Shown: positions 9,201 to 17,008 of the stretch, piece by piece
How the letters are laid out: each line of letters begins with the position of its first letter
Numbering within the stretch: the first letter of the stretch is position 1
Assembly: GCA_963843145.1 (NCBI GenBank)
Contig: CAWJJC010000028.1
Location: 448,001-512,000, forward strand
Source: an uncultured delta proteobacterium
GTDB taxonomy: Bacteria; Desulfobacterota; RBG-13-43-22
Reading direction: 5' to 3'
DNA: 64,000 bases
The notes under the pieces: model-generated
Database searches by the model: none
What the model was told of the DNA's origin: nothing
The model's input: only the letters and a program-made list of their open reading frames with translations
Program-made: the position numbers and the translations under genes

Positions 9201-10379
9201 ATGGCCAAACGAGTCGGCATGGAGGTTTCCATTGCCATCAGCGAAGCGGTGAAGTTGGCCAATGTGGATGTTATTTCGGCCTATCCCATCACGCCCCAGA
9301 CCCATATCGTGGAGCACCTTTCCGAATTTGTCAATGACGGAGAACTGCATAGCGCTTTCATCCCGGTGGAGTCGGAGCATTCAGCCCTGAGCGCCGCCGT
9401 GGGGTCCTCGGCCGTGGGGGCCCGGACCTTCACCGCCACCAGTTCCCAGGGCCTGGCCCTGATGCACGAGATCATGTTCGTGGCCTCCAGCCTGCGTCTG
9501 CCTATCGTCATGTCCGTGGTCAACCGGGCCTTGTCGGCGCCGATCAATATCTGGAATGACCTGAGCGATATCATGACCGAGCGGGATACCGGCTGGGTCC
9601 AGCTTTTTGCCATCAACGGCCAGGAGGCCTTCGACCTGACCTTGCAGGCGTTTAAGATCGCCGAAGACCCGAGGGTTCTGCTTCCGGTGGCCGTCAACCT
9701 GGACGGGTTTATCCTCAGTCACGTGATTGAGCCCATCGAACTTTTGGACCAGCAGGAAGTGGATCAATTCCTGAGTCCCTTCCAGCCGGTGCTGCGCCTC
9801 GATCCGGACAAGCCCGTTTCCCTGGGCGCCTTTGGCAGTCCGGACGTCTTTATCGAGGTCAAAAAACAGATCGAAGAAGCCTTGATCGGCTCCCAGAAGG
9901 TGGTGACCGAGGTCTGGAAGGATTTCGGCCGGCTCTTTGGACGAAACTACAAAGCCGTGGAATCCTACAGAACCAAGGAGGCCGAAACGTTGCTGATCAC
10001 CATGGGCAGCATCAGCGAAACCGCCATGATGTCCGTGGATGCCCTGCGGGAGAAGGGGCAGAAGGTGGGCCTGATTCACATCCGACTCTGGCGGCCTTTT
10101 CCCTTTAAGGAATTTCTCCAGGCGATCAAGGGGGCCAAGGTCCTGGCGGTCCTGGATCGCGCCCTGGTGCCCGGGGGAGTCGGCGGGCCGGTGGGCCTGG
10201 AAGTGAAAGCCGCCCTTTACGGAAAAGACAACCGTCCCTATGTGGCTGAATTTGTGGCCGGGTTGGGCGGCCGGGATTTGACGGTGGAGACCTTCATCGA
10301 GGTGCTGGAAAAGGCCGGACGCTATGCCCAAAAACAAAAAGACTTTCAATACGAATTGATCGGGGTGCGCGAAAAATGA
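9201..10379 (+). CDS. porA: Pyruvate/2-oxoacid:ferredoxin oxidoreductase alpha subunit
   Basis: AYPITPQT, VESEHSA, TATSSQGLALMHE. ATG 9201 after GGAGGA. Confidence 0.92.
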   Translation: MAKRVGMEVSIAISEAVKLANVDVISAYPITPQTHIVEHLSEFVNDGELHSAFIPVESEHSALSAAVGSSAVGARTFTATSSQGLALMHEIMFVASSLRLPIVMSVVNRALSAPINIWNDLSDIMTERDTGWVQLFAINGQEAFDLTLQAFKIAEDPRVLLPVAVNLDGFILSHVIEPIELLDQQEVDQFLSPFQPVLRLDPDKPVSLGAFGSPDVFIEVKKQIEEALIGSQKVVTEVWKDFGRLFGRNYKAVESYRTKEAETLLITMGSISETAMMSVDALREKGQKVGLIHIRLWRPFPFKEFLQAIKGAKVLAVLDRALVPGGVGGPVGLEVKAALYGKDNRPYVAEFVAGLGGRDLTVETFIEVLEKAGRYAQKQKDFQYELIGVREK

Positions 10380-11362
10380 TTGCCGAGGATCTGAAAGAGT
10401 TCAAAAAATTTACGCCCAAGACCCTTCCCCGGGAAGAACCCCTGGTCTCCGGTCACCGGGCCTGCCAGGGTTGCGGGGAAGTGTTGGCCTTACGCCTGGT
10501 GGCTAAGGCCATCGGCACGCCTATGATCGTCGTCAGCGCCACGGGCTGCATGGAGATCATTTCCTCCCCTTTCCCCCAGACCGCCTGGGACGTGCCTTGG
10601 CTCCATGTGGCCTTTGAAAACTCCGCTGCCGTGGCTTCCGGGGTCGAGGCCGGGTTGAAAATCCTGATGGAGAAGAAAAGGATCCCGCAAAAGTCGATCA
10701 ACGTGGTGGCTTTTGCCGGGGATGGGGGTACCGCCGATATCGGCCTTCAGTCCCTTTCCGGCGCCATGGAACGGGGCCATAATTTTGTGTATGTCTGCCT
10801 GGATAACGAAGCCTATATGAACACCGGTATCCAGCGTTCCAGTTCCACCCCTTTCGGGGCCATGACCACCACTTCACCGGCCGGCAAGGTGATCTCCGGG
10901 CAAACCACCTGGAAAAAGAATATGCCGGCCATCATGGCGGCCCATAATATCCCTTACGTGGCCACGGCCTCGCCGGCTTTTTACCTGGACCTGATGAACA
11001 AGGCCAAAAAAGCCTCGATGATCAAAGGCCCAGCCTATCTCCATGTCTATGCCTCCTGCCCCACGGGCTGGCGGCACGGATCGGATCTGGCCATCGAAGT
11101 GAGCCGGAAAGTGGTGGAGACGAATATCTTCCCCTTGTATGAAATTGAAGAAGGGAGATACACGGTCCGCAAGAACAACAACCCCAAACCGGTGGAGGAA
11201 TATTTTAAACAGCAGCGGCGCTTCGCTCACCTGACGCCGGAAATGTTAAAGATGATCCAGGACCGAACGGACCGGGATTACCAGCGCTTGCTGCAGATGG
11301 AAGCTTTGACCAACCCGGCCGCCGTTAAGAAGGAAGAACCGAAAGAAGACGCGGTTCAGTAA
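10376..11362 (+). CDS. porB: Pyruvate/2-oxoacid:ferredoxin oxidoreductase beta subunit
   Basis: GHRACQGCG, ATGCME, GDGGTADIG, DNEAYMNTGIQRS, CPTGW. Confidence 0.92.
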   Translation: MIAEDLKEFKKFTPKTLPREEPLVSGHRACQGCGEVLALRLVAKAIGTPMIVVSATGCMEIISSPFPQTAWDVPWLHVAFENSAAVASGVEAGLKILMEKKRIPQKSINVVAFAGDGGTADIGLQSLSGAMERGHNFVYVCLDNEAYMNTGIQRSSSTPFGAMTTTSPAGKVISGQTTWKKNMPAIMAAHNIPYVATASPAFYLDLMNKAKKASMIKGPAYLHVYASCPTGWRHGSDLAIEVSRKVVETNIFPLYEIEEGRYTVRKNNNPKPVEEYFKQQRRFAHLTPEMLKMIQDRTDRDYQRLLQMEALTNPAAVKKEEPKEDAVQ

Positions 11363-11379
11363 CAATAATTGGCAAGATT

Positions 11380-11488
11380 CGTCACCCCGGCGAAAGCCGG
11401 GGTCCAGAGCGGATGAAGAACACTGGATTCCGGCCATTCGACAAAGCTCATGGCCCTGAGCCAGCCGAAGGGCTTTCGCCGGAATGAC
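11380..11488. repeat. CGTC-type REP doublet with a 39-nt palindromic insert in the right arm
   Basis: Left arm CGTCACCCCGGCGAAAGCCGGGGTCCAG. Right arm CTGGATTCCGGC[11435-11473]TTTCGCCGGAATGAC. Confidence 0.8.
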
Positions 11489-11535
11489 AACTAAAGAATC
11501 TTTATATAGAGTCAGAAGTCAAGTATGTTTTAAAT

Positions 11536-11611
11536 TCCCCGGTAGCTCAGCCGGTAGAGCGGGTGGCTGTTAACCACTTGGTCGGCGGTTCGAATCCGTC
11601 CCGGGGAGCCA
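11536..11611 (+). tRNA. tRNA-Asn(GTT)
   Basis: 76 nt. Acceptor stem TCCCCGG/CCGGGGA, D arm AGCTCAG..GAGC, anticodon loop CTGTTAA, GGTTCGAATCC, 3' GCCA. Confidence 0.97.
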
Positions 11612-11620
11612 TTCGACGCG

Positions 11621-11654
11621 AAAAGGGTCCCTTTATAAAACAAGGGACCCTTTT
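11621..11654 (+). terminator. Intrinsic (probably bidirectional) terminator hairpin after tRNA-Asn, embedded in a TTCGAC..GCTCATGGC repeat
   Basis: AAAAGGGTCCCT...AGGGACCCTTTT. Confidence 0.65.
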
Positions 11655-11696
11655 CTTGCTCATGGCTATCGCCAGTTACAGGAATGTTTAATAAAA

Positions 11697-11756
11697 TAGC
11701 GTCGAATGAGCCTTGAGCCGGCCCGAATGGGAATGAGGGGCGAGTCGAAAGGCCAA
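11697..11756 (+). repeat. 60-bp direct repeat, copy 1 (upstream of GIY-YIG gene)
   Basis: TAGCGTCGAATGAGCCTTGAGCCGGCCCGA...GAGTCGAAAGGCCAA; 54/60 identical to 12102-12161 by manual count. Confidence 0.9.
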
Positions 11757-11788
11757 GTTTCCACAAGGGTAAGATCAGGTACAAGACC

Positions 11789-12091
11789 ATGCCTGCTTGG
11801 TGTTATATTCTGCGTTTAAAATCAGGCAAGTTATACATTGGATCTACCTCAAACATTAATCAGCGATACCATGATCATTTAAGTGGTCGGGCTTGCCGAA
11901 CTACAAAATATGATCCCGCCATTCATTTTGTCTATTCGGAAGAATTTGAAAATTTAAAGATTGCCCAGTTACGAGAGGCACAAATAAAACGTTGGTCCCG
12001 GGCAAAGAAGGAAGCACTAATAGCTGCTGACCTTAATAAGTTAAACCAGTTGTCCAAAACAAAGTCAAAACAAGAGGGGCGTAAGGATTAG
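11789..12091 (+). CDS. Stand-alone GIY-YIG nuclease (YhbQ/YazA-like)
   Basis: WCYILR..GKLYIGST..RYHDH, REAQIKRWSRAKKEALI. Confidence 0.88.
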   Translation: MPAWCYILRLKSGKLYIGSTSNINQRYHDHLSGRACRTTKYDPAIHFVYSEEFENLKIAQLREAQIKRWSRAKKEALIAADLNKLNQLSKTKSKQEGRKD

Positions 12092-12101
12092 GTTATAAAT
12101 T

Positions 12102-12161
12102 TAGCGTCGAATGATCCTTGAGCCGGCCCGAGTAGTATTGAGGGACGAGTCGAAAGGCCAA
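12102..12161 (+). repeat. 60-bp direct repeat, copy 2 (downstream of GIY-YIG gene)
   Basis: TAGCGTCGAATGATCCTTGAGCCGGCCCGA...GAGTCGAAAGGCCAA. Confidence 0.9.
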
Positions 12162-12255
12162 AATCTAGGAAATGACTCAATCCTTTTCCTGAAGCCAATT
12201 ATTCTCTCCATTCCGCAATCAAAATTCCACAAAGCCCCCTGACCTGAAATCCCCC

Positions 12256-12292
12256 TTGACACCTTTTCTTCTTATTGTATGATATATCATAC
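12256..12292 (+). promoter_or_regulatory. Sigma-70 promoter with a perfect 16-bp palindromic operator over the -10
   Basis: TTGACA 12256-12261, TATGAT 12278-12283. Palindrome GTATGATATATCATAC at 12277-12292. Confidence 0.65.
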
Positions 12293-12357
12293 GATGTACA
12301 GCTTGCTATGAATATTGATTGGACCAAATCTCTCAGGGGCTTGAAAGGAGAGCGGCT

Positions 12358-12570
12358 TTGAGTACCCCGGTCGACATACCCCGATTAGTCCGTGAGCTCC
12401 GAAAACGAACGGGGCTCACCCAGGAAAAATTCGCCGCCAAGCTCGGTGTGACCTTCCCGACCATCAACCGCTGGGAAAACGGTCGGGCCAAGCCGTCGCC
12501 GTTGGCCATGCAGAGGATTGAGGATCTGCTAGACAGCATGGGTGAGAAAGATGTTGAATTGCTGAAATGA
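12358..12570 (+). CDS. XRE-family HTH transcriptional regulator
   Basis: LRKRTGLTQEKFAAKLGVTFPTINRWENGRAKPS. TTG 12358 follows AGGAG (the ORF track starts at 12319). Confidence 0.85.
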   Translation: MSTPVDIPRLVRELRKRTGLTQEKFAAKLGVTFPTINRWENGRAKPSPLAMQRIEDLLDSMGEKDVELLK

Positions 12571-12789
12571 CCTACTGGCGGTGGAAATTTGAGGTTATCC
12601 GGTGACTGAGTCGGGGAGAATAAGAAAATCAGACCTGAAGGCCTTTATTGCATTGGGAGAAGACAGCCGTCTTTAATCCAAGAAAGATGTGCAAGTGGGG
12701 CGGGTTTGTCGGTCACCAGCGCCAATTGAATGAAAAATATTATGGCGCCTCTTATGACGTCGAACAATTGGTAATCCGCAGAGGAGACA

Positions 12790-13995
12790 ATGATCTACAC
12801 AGAGAAACAACTGGAAATACTCCTGGCCGATATCGAATCGGATCTTGCCGAGCGAAAGGAATCCTGGAAGGGTGACGCCCCGGAGACCGGACGGCAGGCC
12901 GCTTGCGCATTTGCAAACGATTTGCCCGATCATCGACGGCCAGGGGTTCTCTTTATCGGAGCGAAGAACGATGGTTCACCCTCCCATTTGAACATCACAG
13001 ATGAACTGTTGCGTACCCTTTCCGATATCAGGACAGATGGCAACACCCTGCCGCCGACTTCAATCGTTGTTGAAAAACGAAACCTCAGAGGAGCCGCCAT
13101 GGCGGTCGTTATTGTTCTGCCTTCGGATACCCCGCCGGTCAGATATAAGGGAAGGATCTGGATTCGCACTGGGCCCCGCAGGTCTGTAGCTACTCCCCAG
13201 GAGGAACGCATCCTGAATGAAAAGCGCCGTTACCGGGATATCCCCTTTGACATCCAGCCGCTTCCATCCTGCCCCTTGTCGGCGCTCAGTCGGATTTTAT
13301 TCGAGCAGGAGTATTTGCCCAATGCCTTTGCTCCGGATGTGGTAGCAACCAACGAACGATCTTACGAACAGAAGCTCGCTTCGTGCCGAATGATCGCCGC
13401 CGTAGACGATCCTGTCCCGACGATACTGGGCGTATTGGTCCTGGGCGTATCGCCACGGGATTGGATCCCCGGTGCCTATACACAATTCCTTCGGATCGCC
13501 GGGACGGAGGTGAGCGATCCGATCCAGGACGAGTCTCTTATAGACGGTGCGTTGGGACAGGTTTTACGTCGCATAGACGAAAAGATCGATTCACATAATC
13601 GCCGCCAAGTCGACATTTCATCAGCCGATCGGGAAGTTCGCACGGCTCCCTATCCGCGTGTGGCGCTTCAGCAGTTGATTCGCAATGCGGTCATGCACCG
13701 CACCTATGAAAACACCAACACGCCTGTCCGCGTCCATTGGTTCGATGATCGTATAGAAATCATTAATCCGGGAGGACCGTTCGGTATTGTCACCCGGGAA
13801 AACTTCGGCCGCCCCGGTATTACCGATTATCGGAACCCAAATCTTGCAGATGCCATGAAAGTCATGGGTTTTGTTCAGCGTTTCGGCATAGGTATCCAGA
13901 CCGCAAGGGCGGAGATGAAAAAAAATGGCAATCCCGATATCGAATTTCAAATTGAACCGTTGACTGTACTCGCTACGGTCAGGAGGCGCCCATGA
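12790..13995 (+). CDS. AlbA_2 (Schlafen-like) domain plus HATPase_c_4 (RecG-C-like) protein
   Basis: ESDLAERKES, CAFAND..GVLFIGA; C-terminal LIRNAVMHRTY, DRIEIINPGG, YRNPNLADAM, VQRFGIGI. Confidence 0.82.
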   Translation: MIYTEKQLEILLADIESDLAERKESWKGDAPETGRQAACAFANDLPDHRRPGVLFIGAKNDGSPSHLNITDELLRTLSDIRTDGNTLPPTSIVVEKRNLRGAAMAVVIVLPSDTPPVRYKGRIWIRTGPRRSVATPQEERILNEKRRYRDIPFDIQPLPSCPLSALSRILFEQEYLPNAFAPDVVATNERSYEQKLASCRMIAAVDDPVPTILGVLVLGVSPRDWIPGAYTQFLRIAGTEVSDPIQDESLIDGALGQVLRRIDEKIDSHNRRQVDISSADREVRTAPYPRVALQQLIRNAVMHRTYENTNTPVRVHWFDDRIEIINPGGPFGIVTRENFGRPGITDYRNPNLADAMKVMGFVQRFGIGIQTARAEMKKNGNPDIEFQIEPLTVLATVRRRP

Positions 13996-15014
13996 GTGTT
14001 CCGGTACTGACTTTTTTCAATAACAAAGGCGGTGTGGGCAAAACATCCCTCGTGTATCACCTGGCCTGGATGTTTTCCGAACTCAACCATACGGTTGTCG
14101 CTGTTGATCTTGATGCCCAAGCCAATTTGACCGCTGCCTATCTCGAAGAAGACGAGCTTGAGCAACTATGGGAAAACGAAAAAGATCCAACAACGATTTA
14201 CAGGGCCATAGAACCGCTCACCCAAGTAGGGGATATAGTTAAGCCCCGTGTTGAAAAAGTGACGCAAGGCCTGTATTTAATTCCCGGGGATGTGGCTTTG
14301 GCATCATTTGAGGATTTATTGTCTGAATCTTGGCCTAAGAGCATGGGTGACCCCAATTTGTATCGCTACTTTCGTATTCTGACGGCGTTCTGGCAAGTCG
14401 CACAAATGACGGCCCAACAGGTAGGCGCCGATATCATCCTGATGGATGTCGGTCCCAACCTCGGGGCTATCAACCGGTCGGCCTTAATCGCCTCCGATTA
14501 TGTTGCTATCCCCTTGGGAGCCGATCTTTTTTCTCTCCAGGGTTTAAGAAACCTGGGCCCGACGCTTCGTTCGTGGCGCGAAGGCTGGAAAAAACGGATA
14601 GATAATTGGAAATCCCCCGAATTTGACCTTCCCCAGGGGCGCATGAAACCGCTTGGTTATATCGTACAGCAACATAGTGTGCGGCTCAGTCGACCGGTCA
14701 AGGCCTATGATAAATGGGTCAACCGTATCCCGGCTGTTTATCATGAAGCGGTGCTTCAGAATTCCACCACCGCGGCTACCCCATCGCAAGATGAGGAATG
14801 CCTGGCCACATTGAAACACTTTCGCAGCCTGATACCGATGGGGCAGGAAGCGCGTAAACCCATATTTCACCTAACATCCGCCGATGGGGCCATTGGAAGT
14901 CACGCCCAGGCAGTCCAAGAGGCTTACAAAGACTTTAAACTACTTATGGAAAGATTGCTCGAGCGAATGGAAAGTATAACCCCTACCCTCCCAAACCTTG
15001 ACCCAAGGGTTTAG
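13992..15014 (+). CDS. ParA/Soj-like ATPase (long, non-partitioning type)
   Basis: Deviant Walker A FNNKGGVGKTS, VDLDAQANLT, DVGPNLGAINR. ATGA overlap with the upstream gene; no parB nearby. Confidence 0.85.
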   Translation: MSVPVLTFFNNKGGVGKTSLVYHLAWMFSELNHTVVAVDLDAQANLTAAYLEEDELEQLWENEKDPTTIYRAIEPLTQVGDIVKPRVEKVTQGLYLIPGDVALASFEDLLSESWPKSMGDPNLYRYFRILTAFWQVAQMTAQQVGADIILMDVGPNLGAINRSALIASDYVAIPLGADLFSLQGLRNLGPTLRSWREGWKKRIDNWKSPEFDLPQGRMKPLGYIVQQHSVRLSRPVKAYDKWVNRIPAVYHEAVLQNSTTAATPSQDEECLATLKHFRSLIPMGQEARKPIFHLTSADGAIGSHAQAVQEAYKDFKLLMERLLERMESITPTLPNLDPRV

Positions 15015-15160
15015 GCGCTTGGCTTGAAAAGCGGCTGATCAGAATCCGAAAGAAGCATCCCACATTATTTACCGGATGAAATCAATGAAATAAACTCCAA
15101 TCCATAGACCCAATTAACCTCTTTGACAAATTCGAAGATTTAAGAACAGATATCAACTTC

Positions 15161-16084
15161 GTGTTTAACCTCCTAAAAAACCGCGACTTCCTCCTGATCC
15201 TCTCCATCGTCCTCGGTCTGTCTCTGGGCCAGGGGGCCCAATGGACCCGAGACCTGGTGATCCCCGGTCTGGCGGTGATCATGACCCTGTCCGTCATGGG
15301 CATCCCGGGAAGTGTCTTCCGCTCTCCGCGCTCGCTGGTTATCCCGACCCTGGCCGGGTTGCTTTTGAATTACGGGGTACAGGGCGGGGTGGTGCTGGGT
15401 CTCAGCGCCCTGCTGATCAAAGAGGAGGCCCTTCGGGCCGGGTTCGTCATGGTGGCAGCGGCACCCCCGGCCGTGGCAGTGATCCCCTTTACCGTGCTGC
15501 TGAAAGGGGATGGGCCATTTTCCCTGGTAGCCACCGTTGGCTGCTATCTGGCCGCCCTGATCTTGATGCCCTTGATTATCTTCGGGTTGCTCGGAATCGG
15601 ATTCGCGGATCGCGAAAAACTGGTTTGGATCATGGTCGAGCTGATCCTGGTCCCATTGGCGATTTCCCGGGTGCTGCGCTGGTCGGGCTTTTCGGAAAAG
15701 CTGGAACCCTTCAAAGGGGCGCTCACCAACTGGGGTTTCTTCCTGGTCGTCTATACTATTGTTGGCCTAAACCGGGCTGTACTGATAAACCGCCCGCTGA
15801 GCATTCTATCCGTTTTTCTGGTGTCCTTGGCCGCTATCTTTTTGCTGGGCTGGGCCATAGAGAGAGTGGGGCGGCTCTTCAAGATCGATCCCCGAAAACG
15901 GCTGAGCCTGGTGCTGCTGGGGACTCACAAGAATACCGGCCTGGCCGCCGGTCTGGCCTTGACCCTGCTCGGCGAGCGCACGGCCTTGCCGGCCACCGTT
16001 TCCACGGTTTTCATGATTGTGTATGTCGTATCGTTGAGTATCAAACAGCGCCGAATTAGCCTGAAAAAGAAAACCCAACCTTGA
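15161..16084 (+). CDS. Bile acid:sodium symporter (BASS) family transporter
   Basis: About 9-10 TM helices; AAAPPAVA and GTHKNTGLA motifs. Confidence 0.7.
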   Translation: MFNLLKNRDFLLILSIVLGLSLGQGAQWTRDLVIPGLAVIMTLSVMGIPGSVFRSPRSLVIPTLAGLLLNYGVQGGVVLGLSALLIKEEALRAGFVMVAAAPPAVAVIPFTVLLKGDGPFSLVATVGCYLAALILMPLIIFGLLGIGFADREKLVWIMVELILVPLAISRVLRWSGFSEKLEPFKGALTNWGFFLVVYTIVGLNRAVLINRPLSILSVFLVSLAAIFLLGWAIERVGRLFKIDPRKRLSLVLLGTHKNTGLAAGLALTLLGERTALPATVSTVFMIVYVVSLSIKQRRISLKKKTQP

Positions 16085-16162
16085 AATCATTTAGACAAAA
16101 GGTTAGTATGAAAAATTAATATGAAAATAATATCAGGCGCCACCTTGGGCATTTGTCTTTGC

Positions 16163-16291
16163 CGTCATGCCGGACTCGATAAGCCTGCCCCGGCAGGTAG
16201 TAAGCCGGGGGCATCCAGGTCTTTTGAGGCTAAACCGTGGCCTGGATTTCGGATCGCGTCACGCCGCCGGCGTGACTTGTCCGGAATGACG
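16163..16291. repeat. CGTC-type REP doublet with insertions in both arms
   Basis: CGTCATGCCGGACTCGAT[insert]GGCATCCAGG ... CCTGGATTTCGGATC[hairpin GTCACGCCG/CGGCGTGAC]TTGTCCGGAATGACG. Confidence 0.7.
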
Positions 16292-16381
16292 AGCCGACTC
16301 GACCCGTTTAAAGCTTATTTTCATGCTTCGTAGGGGGCCATGGGGGGTAGTGCGACATTACGGAGAATTTCAGGGGGATTA

Positions 16382-17002
16382 ATGAAGTTAAAAATCGGCG
16401 TTATGGGGCATGCCGGTTCGGATTTACCGGAAAGAGAGAAACATCTAGCCTTTGAGCTGGGAAAGGCCATTGCCGAACAGGATGCGATTACCATTACCGG
16501 GGCCTGTCCAGGCTACCCTTTGGAAGCGGCCAGAGGGGCGGCCAGTCGGGGCGGGCTGGTGATCGGGATCTCCCCGGGACTCAGCCTCTGGGAACACCTG
16601 CACAAATATCATTCTCCCACCGAGCATCATGATGTGCTGATCTTTACCGGCAGCGGACTGATGGGCCGAGAGGTGGTCAACATCCGCAGTTCGGATATTG
16701 TAGTCATTATCGGAGGAAAATCCGGGACCTTGGGGGAATTCTCTATTGCCTACGATGAGGGCAAGCTGATCGGGATCCTGATGGGCACCGGGGGCATTAC
16801 CACGGAAATCAAGCACCTGGTTCGGATCATCCGGAAAGATACCGGGTCCAAGGTGCTTTATGACCATGAACCCCGGCGGCTCATTCAACGGCTTTGGAAA
16901 TATTACCACCAGGAGCATTTCAAGCATCCCTCCTGTTTTCGTGACGATCAGCAATATGCAGAAACCGACGGAGAAACCCCGGACCGGTTAAAGGAGGGAT
17001 AG
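16382..17002 (+). CDS. LOG/SLOG-family Rossmann-fold nucleotide-binding protein
   Basis: IGVMG, ITGACPGYP, GLVIGISP, GREVVNIRSSD, GGKSGTLGE. Confidence 0.75.
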   Translation: MKLKIGVMGHAGSDLPEREKHLAFELGKAIAEQDAITITGACPGYPLEAARGAASRGGLVIGISPGLSLWEHLHKYHSPTEHHDVLIFTGSGLMGREVVNIRSSDIVVIIGGKSGTLGEFSIAYDEGKLIGILMGTGGITTEIKHLVRIIRKDTGSKVLYDHEPRRLIQRLWKYYHQEHFKHPSCFRDDQQYAETDGETPDRLKEG

Positions 17003-17008
17003 ACTCCA

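Noticed and set aside
11246-11790. Small ORFs 11246-11437 and 11530-11790
   Set aside because: Translations of a REP palindrome and of the antisense tRNA.
11697-12161. 60-bp direct repeats as a CRISPR array or attL/attR pair
   Set aside because: Only two copies, ~345 bp apart around an ORF. No cas genes or integrase, and they do not duplicate the tRNA 3' end.
12648-12933. Short ORFs between the XRE and AlbA_2 genes
   Set aside because: No motifs, and they overlap the AlbA_2 gene. At most a remnant.
11612-15100. Integrase-mobilised genomic island at tRNA-Asn
   Set aside because: No integrase and no second copy of the tRNA 3' end seen near the right boundary. Treated as accessory DNA without a defined att.
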